From sequence record PQ178821.1: DNA of 45,135 bases. One strand, given 5' to 3'. The notes beneath the pieces are model-generated. The model ran no database searches and had not been told where the DNA came from. It was given only the letters and a program-made list of their open reading frames with translations. Numbering within the stretch: position 1 is the first letter of the stretch; each line of letters begins with the position of its first letter. The DNA is from Escherichia phage BMA1. This document shows positions 16,993 to 27,153 of this stretch, one piece after another. A program made the translations under genes and the position numbers.

Positions 16993-19635
16993 ATGGCAGA
17001 TCAGGCAGCAGGCATCACGCTAAAGGCTGATGTTGCACAAATCAGAACGGCAAATACTGTGCTGGACTCCTTCGCACAGAAATCCGAGAACACAGAAAAC
17101 AAGGTTAAGAAATTAAACGACACCCTCGGCAAATCCAAAAAGGTGACGAGTGACGCCGCGGGCGGAATGGAAAAGCTGGCGAATGAATCGCAGCGCGCCG
17201 CCGATGGCATGACGAAACAGGAGCGACTTGCCAACAGGTTAGGAATGTCGACCAAAAACCTGGGCTTTGCCTCGCGTAACGCCGCATTCCAGTTACAGGA
17301 TATCGCAGTTACGCTTGAGATGGGGATGCCTGTTCACCGCGTCATGCTTCAGCAGCTACCGCAGCTAACTGGGGCGTTCGGTGGACTGGGTAACACGCTG
17401 CGTTATGTTGCGGGCTTCCTCGGGCCAGTAGGGATCGGCCTTGCCGCCGTAACGGCAACGTTAGGCGTGGGAGTGGCAATTACGTCCCGCGCAGAGAACC
17501 AGGTCGCCGCGCTTAACAAGACGCTGGCACTTTCCGGTAACATTTCCGGCCTGACGGCAAACCAGATCCTGGTGCTATCCGAGAACGCAGAGCGCATGGG
17601 CGGGTCGTTCCGCAAGACGCGTGACACAATCCAGGCGCTGGCGGCGGCTGGTGTGAAAGCGGGTGCGGACTTCGGCGCACTGGCGAAGGTGGTGAATGAC
17701 TTCTCGAAGGTGTCCAGCCAGCCGATCGAAGATGTGGTCGCGGCGGTGGCGAAGCTGTCAACCGACCCGGTAGGCGGCTTGCGCGCACTGGCGGATAAGT
17801 ATCACGTTGTAAACGAAGCGCAGATCCAGCAGGTACAATCCCTGGTGGATATGGGTCGTGAGACTGAAGCGGTTGCGTTGGCTAACAAAACCGCCGCCGC
17901 GTCGTTCACCACTATGACCAACGATATCAAGGCGAACATGGGTACGCTTGAGCGTTCTATGAACGTCGTCACATCGGCAGCTAAATCCATGTGGGACGCC
18001 ATCCTGGATGTGGGTCGCGCGCAGTCCTCCAATGAGTCAGAGATGAAAGCGCGTGAATCCTTGCAGCGCATGACCACTGCTTACTATGCCGAGATGAAAG
18101 CGGTAAACGCTGCCGGTGGGGTTATGACCGAAGCGCAGAAAGCACGTATTAACATGCTTTACAGCGAACTGGTCGCCCAGGAAAAGGTAGTGGCGTCGCT
18201 CACCCTGCGTAACCGTGCGGAGCGAGACAACGCCCGCGCCGCAGACGAATCCGCAAAGGCGAACGAGGAGGCCAACCGCACCGCCCGCGACCGCGCCGCG
18301 TTTGAAAAGGAGTACGCAACTAACGCGAAGAAGCGCGCCGACGAGATCGCCCGCCTCAATTTGCTTAATAAGCGCGGCGTTATTGATGAGAAAGAGCTTG
18401 CCGAGGCGGTGAAGCAGGTAAACGAGCGCTACAAAGACCCGGCCCCGAAGAAGGCCGCGGCAGTTCGAGTCGATGCCGGGCTGAAAATGCTGGAAGTCGC
18501 GCGAAGCGAATTAGCCCAGCTTCGTGAGTCTGGAAAGCAGATCGAAGCCAACGCATCGACGCAGACCCGCACGCAACGCGCGCAAGCGGCCCTAAACAAG
18601 CTGATCGCGGATAATGAGCAGTTAATCGCCGCAAGCAAAGAAAGAGCACTAACGGCAGCAGAGAAGCAGCAATTAGTCGAGTTCGGGCGCGTGAAGGAAG
18701 TCCGCGAGCAGATCGTCGAAGAAGCCAAATTGCTGGACGCGAAAGAGAAGCAGGTCAAGGCGCACGCGCAGATCGATGCCTTCGTTAAGAACCAGAACGC
18801 CGAGCTAAAAGCCACCGCTGCGGGCTATGCGCTTTCCACTCGCGAAGCGGCAAACCTGCGTGATGAATTGCAGCTAATTGACCGCCTGAAGCGGGTTGGC
18901 GCTAACGATACCGATATAGACAAGGCGGTGTCTAAGCTGCGTGAAGTGCAGGAAGCACAGACCGGTGCTAACGCCTCGCTATGGGATGGCTTCAGCCGCG
19001 GGCTTAAGGATAGTGTGGATGATATGGGTAACGGATATACGCAGATGACGTCGCTCACAAAATTCACGTTCAGCGCTATGCAAGACACGATGAACGAGTT
19101 TTTCGAGACGGGCAAGCTGAACGCAAAGGATATGGTTAAGTCCATCCTTAGCGAATTAATCAAGCTGGCTACCTCGCAGGCTTTCAAGTCGATCGTTAGC
19201 GCTTTCGGTGGCGACGGCGGCAAAAACGGATTGTTCGGCGCTATCTTCTCGGGCCTCACCAAGAATGCGGACGGCGGAGCGTACGCAGGAGGCAATCTCG
19301 CGGCCTATTCCGGGAAAGTGGTAAGCCAGCCTACCTTTTTCAGTTATGGCGTCCAGGCGTTCGCTAAGGGCGCTGGGTTGATGGGTGAGGCTGGACCCGA
19401 GGCCATCATGCCACTGAAGCGCGGGCCGGACGGGAAACTGGGCGTTGCCGCGTCTGGCGTAGGTGGGGGGATGGTCGTGACGACTAACGTTTACACGGGG
19501 ACCGGTAAAACGGATACCAGTGTCAGCGGGCCGGACCCCCGTACCGCGCAGGCGTTCGGCAAGCAAATCACCGAGGCGGTGAAGTCCGAGATCGTGAAGG
19601 CAACGAAACCGGGTGGTGTACTTTACAAACGATGA
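16993..19635 (+). CDS. tail tape measure protein (880 aa)
   Basis: Long Ala/Gln/Lys-rich helical protein downstream of G/GT chaperone genes. Confidence 0.9.
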   Translation: MADQAAGITLKADVAQIRTANTVLDSFAQKSENTENKVKKLNDTLGKSKKVTSDAAGGMEKLANESQRAADGMTKQERLANRLGMSTKNLGFASRNAAFQLQDIAVTLEMGMPVHRVMLQQLPQLTGAFGGLGNTLRYVAGFLGPVGIGLAAVTATLGVGVAITSRAENQVAALNKTLALSGNISGLTANQILVLSENAERMGGSFRKTRDTIQALAAAGVKAGADFGALAKVVNDFSKVSSQPIEDVVAAVAKLSTDPVGGLRALADKYHVVNEAQIQQVQSLVDMGRETEAVALANKTAAASFTTMTNDIKANMGTLERSMNVVTSAAKSMWDAILDVGRAQSSNESEMKARESLQRMTTAYYAEMKAVNAAGGVMTEAQKARINMLYSELVAQEKVVASLTLRNRAERDNARAADESAKANEEANRTARDRAAFEKEYATNAKKRADEIARLNLLNKRGVIDEKELAEAVKQVNERYKDPAPKKAAAVRVDAGLKMLEVARSELAQLRESGKQIEANASTQTRTQRAQAALNKLIADNEQLIAASKERALTAAEKQQLVEFGRVKEVREQIVEEAKLLDAKEKQVKAHAQIDAFVKNQNAELKATAAGYALSTREAANLRDELQLIDRLKRVGANDTDIDKAVSKLREVQEAQTGANASLWDGFSRGLKDSVDDMGNGYTQMTSLTKFTFSAMQDTMNEFFETGKLNAKDMVKSILSELIKLATSQAFKSIVSAFGGDGGKNGLFGAIFSGLTKNADGGAYAGGNLAAYSGKVVSQPTFFSYGVQAFAKGAGLMGEAGPEAIMPLKRGPDGKLGVAASGVGGGMVVTTNVYTGTGKTDTSVSGPDPRTAQAFGKQITEAVKSEIVKATKPGGVLYKR

Positions 19636-20270
19636 TAAAATGGCCCTCACTACAACGTGGGGGCTTTTTTATGTCACAAGGTACAATCACACTAACGAAC
19701 GGAAGTAAGACCGTCACGGGCGCGGGGACGGCGTTCCTGAGCGAGATTGGGAAGGTCCGCGTATTTGCCCACATCGACGGCAATGACTACACCGGAAAAA
19801 TTGCGGCATTCAACTCTAACACAGTCATCACCCTGGCTGATAACTGGGCAGGTCCGACAAAAGCCGGTGCGGCTTATGAGCTAATAGAAGCGCACGACCC
19901 GCGGTCAAACGAATGGCCTTATTACTGGCACATGCAATTGCAAGGCGGCGGAGACGTGCAGTTGGCTTTCCGGTCCGAGGAATTGCAGTTTGGTAACGGT
20001 TACGGTCAGAACATCGCGGACGGCCCGAACGCCGAAACGAAACAGTTCCCCGTGCAATTCATCGGACTGACTACTGACAAGTGGTGCGACCCTAAACTGG
20101 TTTACAACTTTCTTCGCGGTCACTTCGTCAAGCCGTTTGTTGTCACCGCGCCGGATGGCGAAACGGGTTTATTCGTGGTCGAGCGTTCGAGCTTGTCGTA
20201 CACTGACAACGGGCACTACACGGCAACGGTGTCCGCCACCCTTAAGACAGCTATTGGATTCGTAAGATGA
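19632..20270 (+). CDS. minor tail protein (lambda M-like position); alternative start ATG 19671
   Basis: ATGA overlap with tape measure stop; GC hairpin plus T-run at 19643..19670 lies inside the 5' end. Confidence 0.55.
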   Translation: MIKWPSLQRGGFFMSQGTITLTNGSKTVTGAGTAFLSEIGKVRVFAHIDGNDYTGKIAAFNSNTVITLADNWAGPTKAGAAYELIEAHDPRSNEWPYYWHMQLQGGGDVQLAFRSEELQFGNGYGQNIADGPNAETKQFPVQFIGLTTDKWCDPKLVYNFLRGHFVKPFVVTAPDGETGLFVVERSSLSYTDNGHYTATVSATLKTAIGFVR

Positions 20271-21055
20271 ATAAACTATATCGCGAGGCGACGCGCTTTG
20301 ACCCATCTGGACGCGTTCGCCTGATTCACATTGACGCGCAGGACGTGGAGCCGGGAGACGGCGCTATCGGCGCGGGTCATCACTATTTTCACTATTGCTT
20401 TATTCCGCACACTGCCGAGGATATTGCCGCCGCAGGGGGCGACGAGGACAAGCTAAAACCTAAATCCATCTTCTTCGGCGGGCAGGAGTTCGAATTCTGG
20501 CCCTTCGATCTGTCAGGCCTCAACTTCTCCACATCGACGGCAGCGGAACCGCAACTAACAATCGTCGATGTTGGCGGGATTATCACCAGGCTATCCCTGA
20601 ATCACGACCAGCTACTGGGCGCGAAGGTTGAAATCATCGACACGTTTGCGAAGTTCCTGGACAACGGGCCGGATCCAGACCCAACGCAAAAACGTGTCCA
20701 GGAGTTTTACATCGACTCACAGGTGGGCCGAAATCCGGGCAAACAAATCACCTTCGCATTATCCTCGCCCGCGGATATGGAGGGGCAAGTAGTCCCCCGC
20801 CGCCAGATCATGAACATGTGCGAATGGGCGCTCAATGGGAAGTACGCCAGCGGGGATGGATGCACCTGGAACCTTGCAAAGCCTGGAATAAAGTATTACG
20901 ACGAGCGAGGTAATGAAGTCATCGCGATGAACATGGACCGATGCGGCGGCTGTTTGTCCGACTGTTATCTCCGTTTTGGTCAAGGTCTTGCGGACCCCAA
21001 AGCCGCAGTGTTGGACTTCGGCGGCTTTCCGGGGTCAAGATTAATTAAGGGGTAG
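20267..21055 (+). CDS. minor tail protein L-like (262 aa)
   Basis: Cys-containing C-terminal segments (CEWALNGKYASGDGCTW, DRCGGCLSDC) resembling lambda gpL; gene order. Confidence 0.75.
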   Translation: MNKLYREATRFDPSGRVRLIHIDAQDVEPGDGAIGAGHHYFHYCFIPHTAEDIAAAGGDEDKLKPKSIFFGGQEFEFWPFDLSGLNFSTSTAAEPQLTIVDVGGIITRLSLNHDQLLGAKVEIIDTFAKFLDNGPDPDPTQKRVQEFYIDSQVGRNPGKQITFALSSPADMEGQVVPRRQIMNMCEWALNGKYASGDGCTWNLAKPGIKYYDERGNEVIAMNMDRCGGCLSDCYLRFGQGLADPKAAVLDFGGFPGSRLIKG

Positions 21056-21057
21056 TC

Positions 21058-21798
21058 ATGTTAACGAAGAAGGTTAAACGCGATATCGCCGCACACGTTG
21101 CGGCATGTCTGCCGGAAGAAGCCTGCGGCCTGGTTGTCATGGTGGGTCGCAAACAAGTGTTTATCCCGTGCCAGAACGTCTTCGAAGACCCCACCGGCGC
21201 TCGCTCGCGAAAAGACGCTTTCACGATTAGTGATATGGCCTGGATGGATGCCGAGGATATGGGCGACGTTGTGCGCGTAGTACACTCGCACCCTGGTCAG
21301 CGCGAGTTAACCCCGTCATTGGGCGACGTTAACGGATGCAACGGCAGCGGCGTCGTCTGGGCCATCACTAACGAATATGGCGACTTTATCGAGATCGACC
21401 CGGAAGACCCGCCGCTGGTAGGTCGCCGGTTTGTTCTCGGAATTACGGATTGTTATGGCCTCGTTATGGACTGGCACAAAAAGCAGGGCGTAAACCTGCC
21501 AGACTTCCGCGTACCGTACAACTGGTGGGAGACAGGCGAAAACCTGTATATGGACAATTGGTATGGCGCGGGCTTCCGTGAGTGTGAGGAGAATACGCCG
21601 GGGGCGATGGTCATCATGCAGATTAGCGCGCCAGTGCCTAACCATGCCGGAATCTACATTCCGGGCAACCAACTACTACACCATATCTACGGCAGCCTGT
21701 CGAGCGTGATACCCTTCCGGTCGGGATTTTTCCGGGACAATGTGGTTAAATGGGTACGTCATAAAGACCTACCGGGGAATATAACAGAATGGCAATGA
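21058..21798 (+). CDS. tail assembly protein K-like (MPN/JAMM plus NlpC/P60-like, 246 aa)
   Basis: HSHP...S..D JAMM-like motif and Cys/His segment (DCYGLV, NHAGIY). Confidence 0.8.
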   Translation: MLTKKVKRDIAAHVAACLPEEACGLVVMVGRKQVFIPCQNVFEDPTGARSRKDAFTISDMAWMDAEDMGDVVRVVHSHPGQRELTPSLGDVNGCNGSGVVWAITNEYGDFIEIDPEDPPLVGRRFVLGITDCYGLVMDWHKKQGVNLPDFRVPYNWWETGENLYMDNWYGAGFRECEENTPGAMVIMQISAPVPNHAGIYIPGNQLLHHIYGSLSSVIPFRSGFFRDNVVKWVRHKDLPGNITEWQ

Positions 21799-22406
21799 CC
21801 ACATTTAAATTATACGGCGTTTTAGGACGTCGATTCGGTAAAGTACATAAGCTGGACTGCTTCACTCCGGGCGAGGGTATTACCGGTCTGTGCGTGAAGT
21901 TACCCGGCTTACAGGACTTTCTAATGTCGGCCCACCTGGACAATATGATGTTCAAGGTGCGCAAAGGCGACCACACGATGACCGGATACGACGAGTTGGG
22001 GGAGTTCCACGGCGACCGCGTAGTGACCATCGCACCGGTTATGACCGGCGCAAAACGCGGACTAGGCCAATTACTGGCGGGCGTAGCCATCGTGGTGGCG
22101 TCGTTCTACACCGGCGGCCTTGCGACTGCCGCTTTTGGTGCTTCCGCCGCGACCGCTGCCGCGATTGGTACGGCGACGTTCTCGTTCGGGATGTCTATGG
22201 CGCTGGGGGGCGTTATGCAATTGCTATCGCCGCAACCGAAAGGATTGCAGACACGGCAGGACGTGGATAACAAGGCGTCGTATGCGTTCGGCGGACCGGT
22301 AAACACGACCGCGCAAGGCACGGCACTTGGTGTATTATGGGGCGAACGTGAGATCGGCGGCGCTATTATTTCAGCCGGAATCGTAACAGAGGACTTGAAC
22401 GAATGA
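21789..22406 (+). CDS. tail assembly protein I-like (205 aa)
   Basis: Position between K-like and J-like genes; hydrophobic Gly/Ala-rich C-terminal half. Confidence 0.7.
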   Translation: MAMTTFKLYGVLGRRFGKVHKLDCFTPGEGITGLCVKLPGLQDFLMSAHLDNMMFKVRKGDHTMTGYDELGEFHGDRVVTIAPVMTGAKRGLGQLLAGVAIVVASFYTGGLATAAFGASAATAAAIGTATFSFGMSMALGGVMQLLSPQPKGLQTRQDVDNKASYAFGGPVNTTAQGTALGVLWGEREIGGAIISAGIVTEDLNE

Positions 22407-25400
22407 CGATTATCTACGACGTCACTGGGCATAAAGGCGGCGGCGGCAAACAGCACACCCCACAGGAGACACCAGATAGCCTGCATTCGCTGGCTAAAAT
22501 CCGCATCTTGCTTGCATTGGGTGAAGGGGAATTCGAAAGTATTACCAGCGCAAGCGAATTGCGGCAGCGTGTATACCTGGACGGCACGCCGATCCAGAAC
22601 GCGGACTTGTCCGAAAACTTCCCCGGCGCGCGAGTGGAGTTCCGCCCAGGCACACAGCACCAGGACGTGATCCACGGATTTTCAGCGGTGGAAAGTGAGC
22701 AATCCATCGGTGTAAAACTGGAAAATGGCACGCCGTGGGTGCGCCAGATTAATGACACCAGTCTTGACGCTGTGCGCGTCCGCATCGGCATTCCCGCCCT
22801 GTACACCAACGAAGACAACGGCGACCTGGTGGGCGGGCGCATCGACTACAAAATCGTTGTGTATACGGACAACGCTGATCCGCGTGAGTTTACCTTCGCT
22901 GCCGTTGGTAAAACAATGTCGCTGTACGAGCGCGATCACCGCATCGAGTTACCGCCGAACGCTAATACCGGCTGGCGAGTTGAGGTACACCGCACGACGG
23001 CGGACTCCACATCGGCGAAAGTGGTCAATGATATCCGCGTACAATCCATTACAGAGATTATCGACGCCCGCCTGCGATATCCGCTAACCGCGCTGTTGTT
23101 CGTGGAGTTCGACGCGAAGGCGTTCCAGAACATCCCGCGCGTGTCCATCAAGTGCAAAGGTCGCAAGGTGTTGGTCCCGAACAACTACGACCCAATTAAT
23201 CATACCTATTCAGGTGACTGGGATGGCACTTTCAAACGCGCATGGACGGATAACCCCGCGTGGCACTGGTACGATATTTGTATTACTGAGCGCTTCGGCC
23301 TCGGTCGTAGGATCAAGCCGCAGATGTTAAACCGATATGCGCTTTACCAGATTGCGCAGCGCTGCGATCAACTGGTAAGCGACGGCAACGGTGGTCGCGA
23401 AATCCGCTTTAAGAATGATATGTACATTCAGTCACAGACGGATGCCTGGACCGTGCTTAAGGATTTAGCCGCCATTTTCGCCGGAATGACCTGGTGGGGC
23501 AACCAGATGTTGAATATCGTCAGTGACCAACCGGTCGCAGCAGTGTCGCACACTATCACCAACGCCTCGGTAATTGATGGTAGATTCGACTATGCATCCG
23601 GTAGCCAGAAAACACGGTATTCCACATTCGCGGTAGCATACGGCAACCCGAAGAACCACTACGAGGACGCCATCGCCACGGGCCAGCGCGTCGAACTGGT
23701 GCGCCGCCATAAGATTAACCGCCTCGATATAACGGCGATCGGCTGTACGCGTGAATCAGAAGCGCAACGCCGGGGGCACTGGGCGCTAATCTCCAACCAG
23801 CTTGACCAGCAAGTTAGCTTTAAGGTTGGCATGGAGGGACTATTCTTTATTCCGGGTAGCGTAGTCGCGATCGCCGATACAAACATTTCTGGTGGCTTCG
23901 AGACACGCGGCGGTCGCCTGTTGTCGGACCCTGGCACGCGTACCGTGCTTAACACGGACAGCGAAATCACGTTCCGCCCAGGTGATAAATTCCTGGTACG
24001 CACCGATAGCGGTAATGTGGAGACTCGCGAGATCGCCAGCGTCAACGGCAACAAGGTCACGCTAAAAACTGCACTGGACGCCGACCCGATTCCCGATCAG
24101 CCATTTTGCGTTGATGGCGACGATATCCAGTTGCAGAAGTTCCGCATCACCGACCTGGAATACGACGACTCTACCAGCACTTTTTCAGTGCGCGGGATCG
24201 AATACAACGATAGCAAATATGATGCCGTTGATAATGGCGCTCGCCTTGACCCCGGCATCTTTACGCAAGTGCCCGACGGTGTGATGAAGGGGCCAGAATC
24301 CGTGACCATCACCCCGTCGCAGATTTCATCGCAAGGCCAGCTAATCACCAACGTTGATATTGTATTCCCGCCGGTGAAGGATGCCGTGGTGTATGAAATC
24401 CAGTGGCGACGCACCAGCTTGCAGAATATGGAAATCCAGTGGGGTAACGACTGGGTAAACATCCCACGTACGGCATCGAACGGCGCGCACATCCCTAACG
24501 TGTTTTCCGGTAACTACCAGGCACGCGTCCGCGCGATCGGTATGGGTGAGATTTCATCACCGTGGGTGTCGTCTGCCATCACGCCGGTGGAAGGTCGTCT
24601 CGGCGGTCTTAACGCGCCTATCATCACCAACGCGATTTCGGGCCTTCACCAAATTTTGTGGAAGTGGAACCACAACAACGCCGCGACGGATATTTCGTAT
24701 ACCGAGCTTGAGGTCCGCAAGACGGGCGAAACGGAATGGAAGTTCTTAACCAACGTCCCATATCCTGGGTCGGAGTATGCGCAAACGTCGCTGGAGTTCG
24801 GGATCTACCAGCAGTTGCGCGCTCGCGTAGCGGATAAAATCGGCAACCTATCGGACTGGTCCGCCCCGTTTGAAGGCCAGGTGAGTGACAAAGTTGACGA
24901 GTATATGAAGGGGCTGGACGACGAGTTCTTGACTTCTGAGGACGGTAAACGCTTCCAGGAAGCGATCGATACCATGCCGCAAGGCATTTATGAGGCTATG
25001 CTCACCGACGCACAGCAATTGTTTAACGCCCGCGCCGAGTACAAGGGGATTTATGCAGAAATCTCGGTCGCGTATAACGTGGCGGCAGATGCCCACCAGG
25101 CGGTAGCGCAACTGGAGACGTTGATCGGCACGCGACTTGACGATGCTGAAGCGGCGATCCACACGTTGCAGACGGCGCAGAGTACGCAAGAGCAGGCATT
25201 CGCCCAGTACCAGCAAACTGTTGCCGCTAAGTTTTCGGAACAGGAAGCAGCCATCCAGCAGGTACAAACGGCAACGGCAGACGTAGCGGGCGCACTGGCG
25301 GAGTATAAGACCCAGGTCGCGGCGCAGTTCGGTCAGCAGTCCGCAGCTATCGAGCAGAAGATGACGTCTTCGTTTAACCACGCGGGCGGTAGTGCCACAT

Positions 25401-25822
25401 ACAGCCTTAAGGCTGGCGTGACGTATAACGGGACTTACTACGATGCCGGTATGCAGCTTTCGGTCGTGGCGGAAGGTGGCGCGGTTAAATCCCGCATCGC
25501 GTTCAAGGCGGACCAGTTCTACATCATGCACCCATCTAACGGGTCGCTTTCGTCCGCGTTTATTGTTGACGGCGGGGCGGTGTATATTGACACGGCCCGC
25601 ATCAAGAACGCGTCCATCAACTTCGCGCAGATCACGGACACGCTGCAATCGAATAACTACGACGGCAGCACGCGCGGATGGCGCTTAGGTAAAGATGGAA
25701 CGTTTATCAACCTGGGAGCCGGCAACGGCGGCGCGATGAAACAGACGAACACGCAAATCAGCGTCAGGGATGGAAACGGAGTTCTCCGCGTGCAGATTGG
25801 TGAAATCACGGGTAGTTGGTAG
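22403..25822 (+). CDS. tail tip / host specificity protein J-like (1139 aa)
   Basis: Size and position after M/L/K/I-like genes. Confidence 0.9.
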   Translation: MTIIYDVTGHKGGGGKQHTPQETPDSLHSLAKIRILLALGEGEFESITSASELRQRVYLDGTPIQNADLSENFPGARVEFRPGTQHQDVIHGFSAVESEQSIGVKLENGTPWVRQINDTSLDAVRVRIGIPALYTNEDNGDLVGGRIDYKIVVYTDNADPREFTFAAVGKTMSLYERDHRIELPPNANTGWRVEVHRTTADSTSAKVVNDIRVQSITEIIDARLRYPLTALLFVEFDAKAFQNIPRVSIKCKGRKVLVPNNYDPINHTYSGDWDGTFKRAWTDNPAWHWYDICITERFGLGRRIKPQMLNRYALYQIAQRCDQLVSDGNGGREIRFKNDMYIQSQTDAWTVLKDLAAIFAGMTWWGNQMLNIVSDQPVAAVSHTITNASVIDGRFDYASGSQKTRYSTFAVAYGNPKNHYEDAIATGQRVELVRRHKINRLDITAIGCTRESEAQRRGHWALISNQLDQQVSFKVGMEGLFFIPGSVVAIADTNISGGFETRGGRLLSDPGTRTVLNTDSEITFRPGDKFLVRTDSGNVETREIASVNGNKVTLKTALDADPIPDQPFCVDGDDIQLQKFRITDLEYDDSTSTFSVRGIEYNDSKYDAVDNGARLDPGIFTQVPDGVMKGPESVTITPSQISSQGQLITNVDIVFPPVKDAVVYEIQWRRTSLQNMEIQWGNDWVNIPRTASNGAHIPNVFSGNYQARVRAIGMGEISSPWVSSAITPVEGRLGGLNAPIITNAISGLHQILWKWNHNNAATDISYTELEVRKTGETEWKFLTNVPYPGSEYAQTSLEFGIYQQLRARVADKIGNLSDWSAPFEGQVSDKVDEYMKGLDDEFLTSEDGKRFQEAIDTMPQGIYEAMLTDAQQLFNARAEYKGIYAEISVAYNVAADAHQAVAQLETLIGTRLDDAEAAIHTLQTAQSTQEQAFAQYQQTVAAKFSEQEAAIQQVQTATADVAGALAEYKTQVAAQFGQQSAAIEQKMTSSFNHAGGSATYSLKAGVTYNGTYYDAGMQLSVVAEGGAVKSRIAFKADQFYIMHPSNGSLSSAFIVDGGAVYIDTARIKNASINFAQITDTLQSNNYDGSTRGWRLGKDGTFINLGAGNGGAMKQTNTQISVRDGNGVLRVQIGEITGSW

Positions 25823-25826
25823 CATA

Positions 25827-25848
25827 GGGGCTTCGGCCCCTTTCTTTT
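25827..25848 (+). terminator. terminator candidate after J-like gene
   Basis: GGGGC ttcg GCCCC followed by T-rich run. Confidence 0.55.
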
Positions 25849-25859
25849 GGAGGTATAGC

Positions 25860-26162
25860 ATGGCTTTCGGTGTAGCAACATGGGACGCGCAAGGGCGACC
25901 AAACAACTACGGTATCAAGCCCGTTTCGGTAGCCGGAATTATTAAACTGGCACAAGGTCAAACATCTGGGGCGTGGTCATTCGATATTCCGTCGGGGATG
26001 AAAGTAGGTTTTGCGGTTACGCTGGACGTAGGCGGCACTACGGTCGGTCGGGCGATCCGTGCCAGCGGGAACACGATAACAGTATCTGCCGCAAACAGCG
26101 TCGGTATTGGAAACTACCCCGCATCTGAATGTGAGGTAGTAGTTTTTGTGGAGAAAGCGTAA
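25860..26162 (+). CDS. hypothetical protein (100 aa)
   Basis: GGAGG RBS; shares a WDAxG segment with the next gene. Confidence 0.45.
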   Translation: MAFGVATWDAQGRPNNYGIKPVSVAGIIKLAQGQTSGAWSFDIPSGMKVGFAVTLDVGGTTVGRAIRASGNTITVSAANSVGIGNYPASECEVVVFVEKA

Positions 26163-26164
26163 AA

Positions 26165-26836
26165 ATGGCAAACTTCGGCGCGTTAATCGATAACAACAAC
26201 GGCAACCCATTCGTCACGCCAAACTCAACGCCATTCGTGCTCTATGCTAAGGTGTCCGCAAATTCAGTTGACGCAGGCGCGGGTTATAAGACGGCTAGTG
26301 GCGCAGTGGATATCCCCGCGAACTATCCGGCGATGGTGTTTATGCGGTCAAATAACCGTTGCGTCCTGGCGGCGTCACGATCAGGTAACCGGATTATATT
26401 TAGCGGAAGCATTCAGGGGCAAAATAACCCGCATTTTACCGTCACGGCGTACGTATTCGCGCGATTCCCGCAACCGCTGCCTCGATGGGGATTTGCAATT
26501 TGGGACGCCAGCGGGACTTGCATACTCACCAACGAGAGCAAGGTGCTCACCGATTTAGTCACAGTCGGCAGCTTCGGTAATAACGGAGGGATCAACATAG
26601 ACCAGACGTTGCCGGGTAAGTACGCGGTGTCGCCAATGTTAATGGGGGCTACTCTAATCCAAATATTCGTGCAAGGACAGCCGCAAATAATACAGATTTC
26701 GGCGGGCGCGGGCGCTTATGACAACGGAAGCGGCACTCGTATTAACGCAGTCGCAACGCAGGCGGGGTCTGGTAGCATCGCAGGATATCAAAACACCGGC
26801 GTTGCTCTGACTGCAATTAACGTTGATGGGATATGA
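26165..26836 (+). CDS. hypothetical protein (223 aa), possible tail accessory protein
   Basis: ORF downstream of J-like gene; Gly/Asn-rich. Confidence 0.5.
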   Translation: MANFGALIDNNNGNPFVTPNSTPFVLYAKVSANSVDAGAGYKTASGAVDIPANYPAMVFMRSNNRCVLAASRSGNRIIFSGSIQGQNNPHFTVTAYVFARFPQPLPRWGFAIWDASGTCILTNESKVLTDLVTVGSFGNNGGINIDQTLPGKYAVSPMLMGATLIQIFVQGQPQIIQISAGAGAYDNGSGTRINAVATQAGSGSIAGYQNTGVALTAINVDGI

Positions 26837-26854
26837 TTAAACCCCTTTCGGGGC

Positions 26855-27073
26855 TTATTTGCAGGTTGTGCTTTTGAAGTGGTCCACTGACACATACTGG
26901 AAGTTGAACGGGTATCCCGCCCTAAGCATTTTGTGTCCGCTAAAATCGGCGACCCCAAACACGGGGACTGAGTAATCCATGCCGCTATTCTGGTATGTCG
27001 CGTCGCAGACTTTAGCTGGCATGTTGGCACAACCGGACAAAAGAACCGCACAAATCATAATTAAAGTTTTCAT
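26855..27073 (-). CDS. small lipoprotein (72 aa), superinfection-exclusion candidate
   Basis: AGGAGA RBS, signal peptide with lipobox LLSGC; antisense between J-like and tail fiber genes. Confidence 0.6.
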   Translation of the reverse strand: MKTLIMICAVLLSGCANMPAKVCDATYQNSGMDYSVPVFGVADFSGHKMLRAGYPFNFQYVSVDHFKSTTCK

Positions 27074-27127
27074 GGTATCATCTCCTATATTTGGTTGAGT
27101 TTTAGTATTACACCGCTCAATCAAGAA

Positions 27128-27137
27128 TGCAACCAAT
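27128..27137 (-). promoter_or_regulatory. ATTGGTTGCA motif (reverse orientation) upstream of lipoprotein gene
   Basis: TGCAACCAAT on + strand, 55 nt upstream of the - strand ATG. Confidence 0.35.
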
Positions 27138-27153
27138 TTAAGAGGATTTAGCT

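Noticed and set aside
17001-19650. Multiple 60-160-aa ORFs on the - strand
   Set aside because: All lie inside the tape measure gene on the opposite strand; Ala/Arg/Ser-rich, typical antisense noise of a GC-rich gene.
24848-25648. 266-aa ORF on the - strand
   Set aside because: Embedded antisense in the J-like gene; Arg-rich composition typical of spurious antisense frames.
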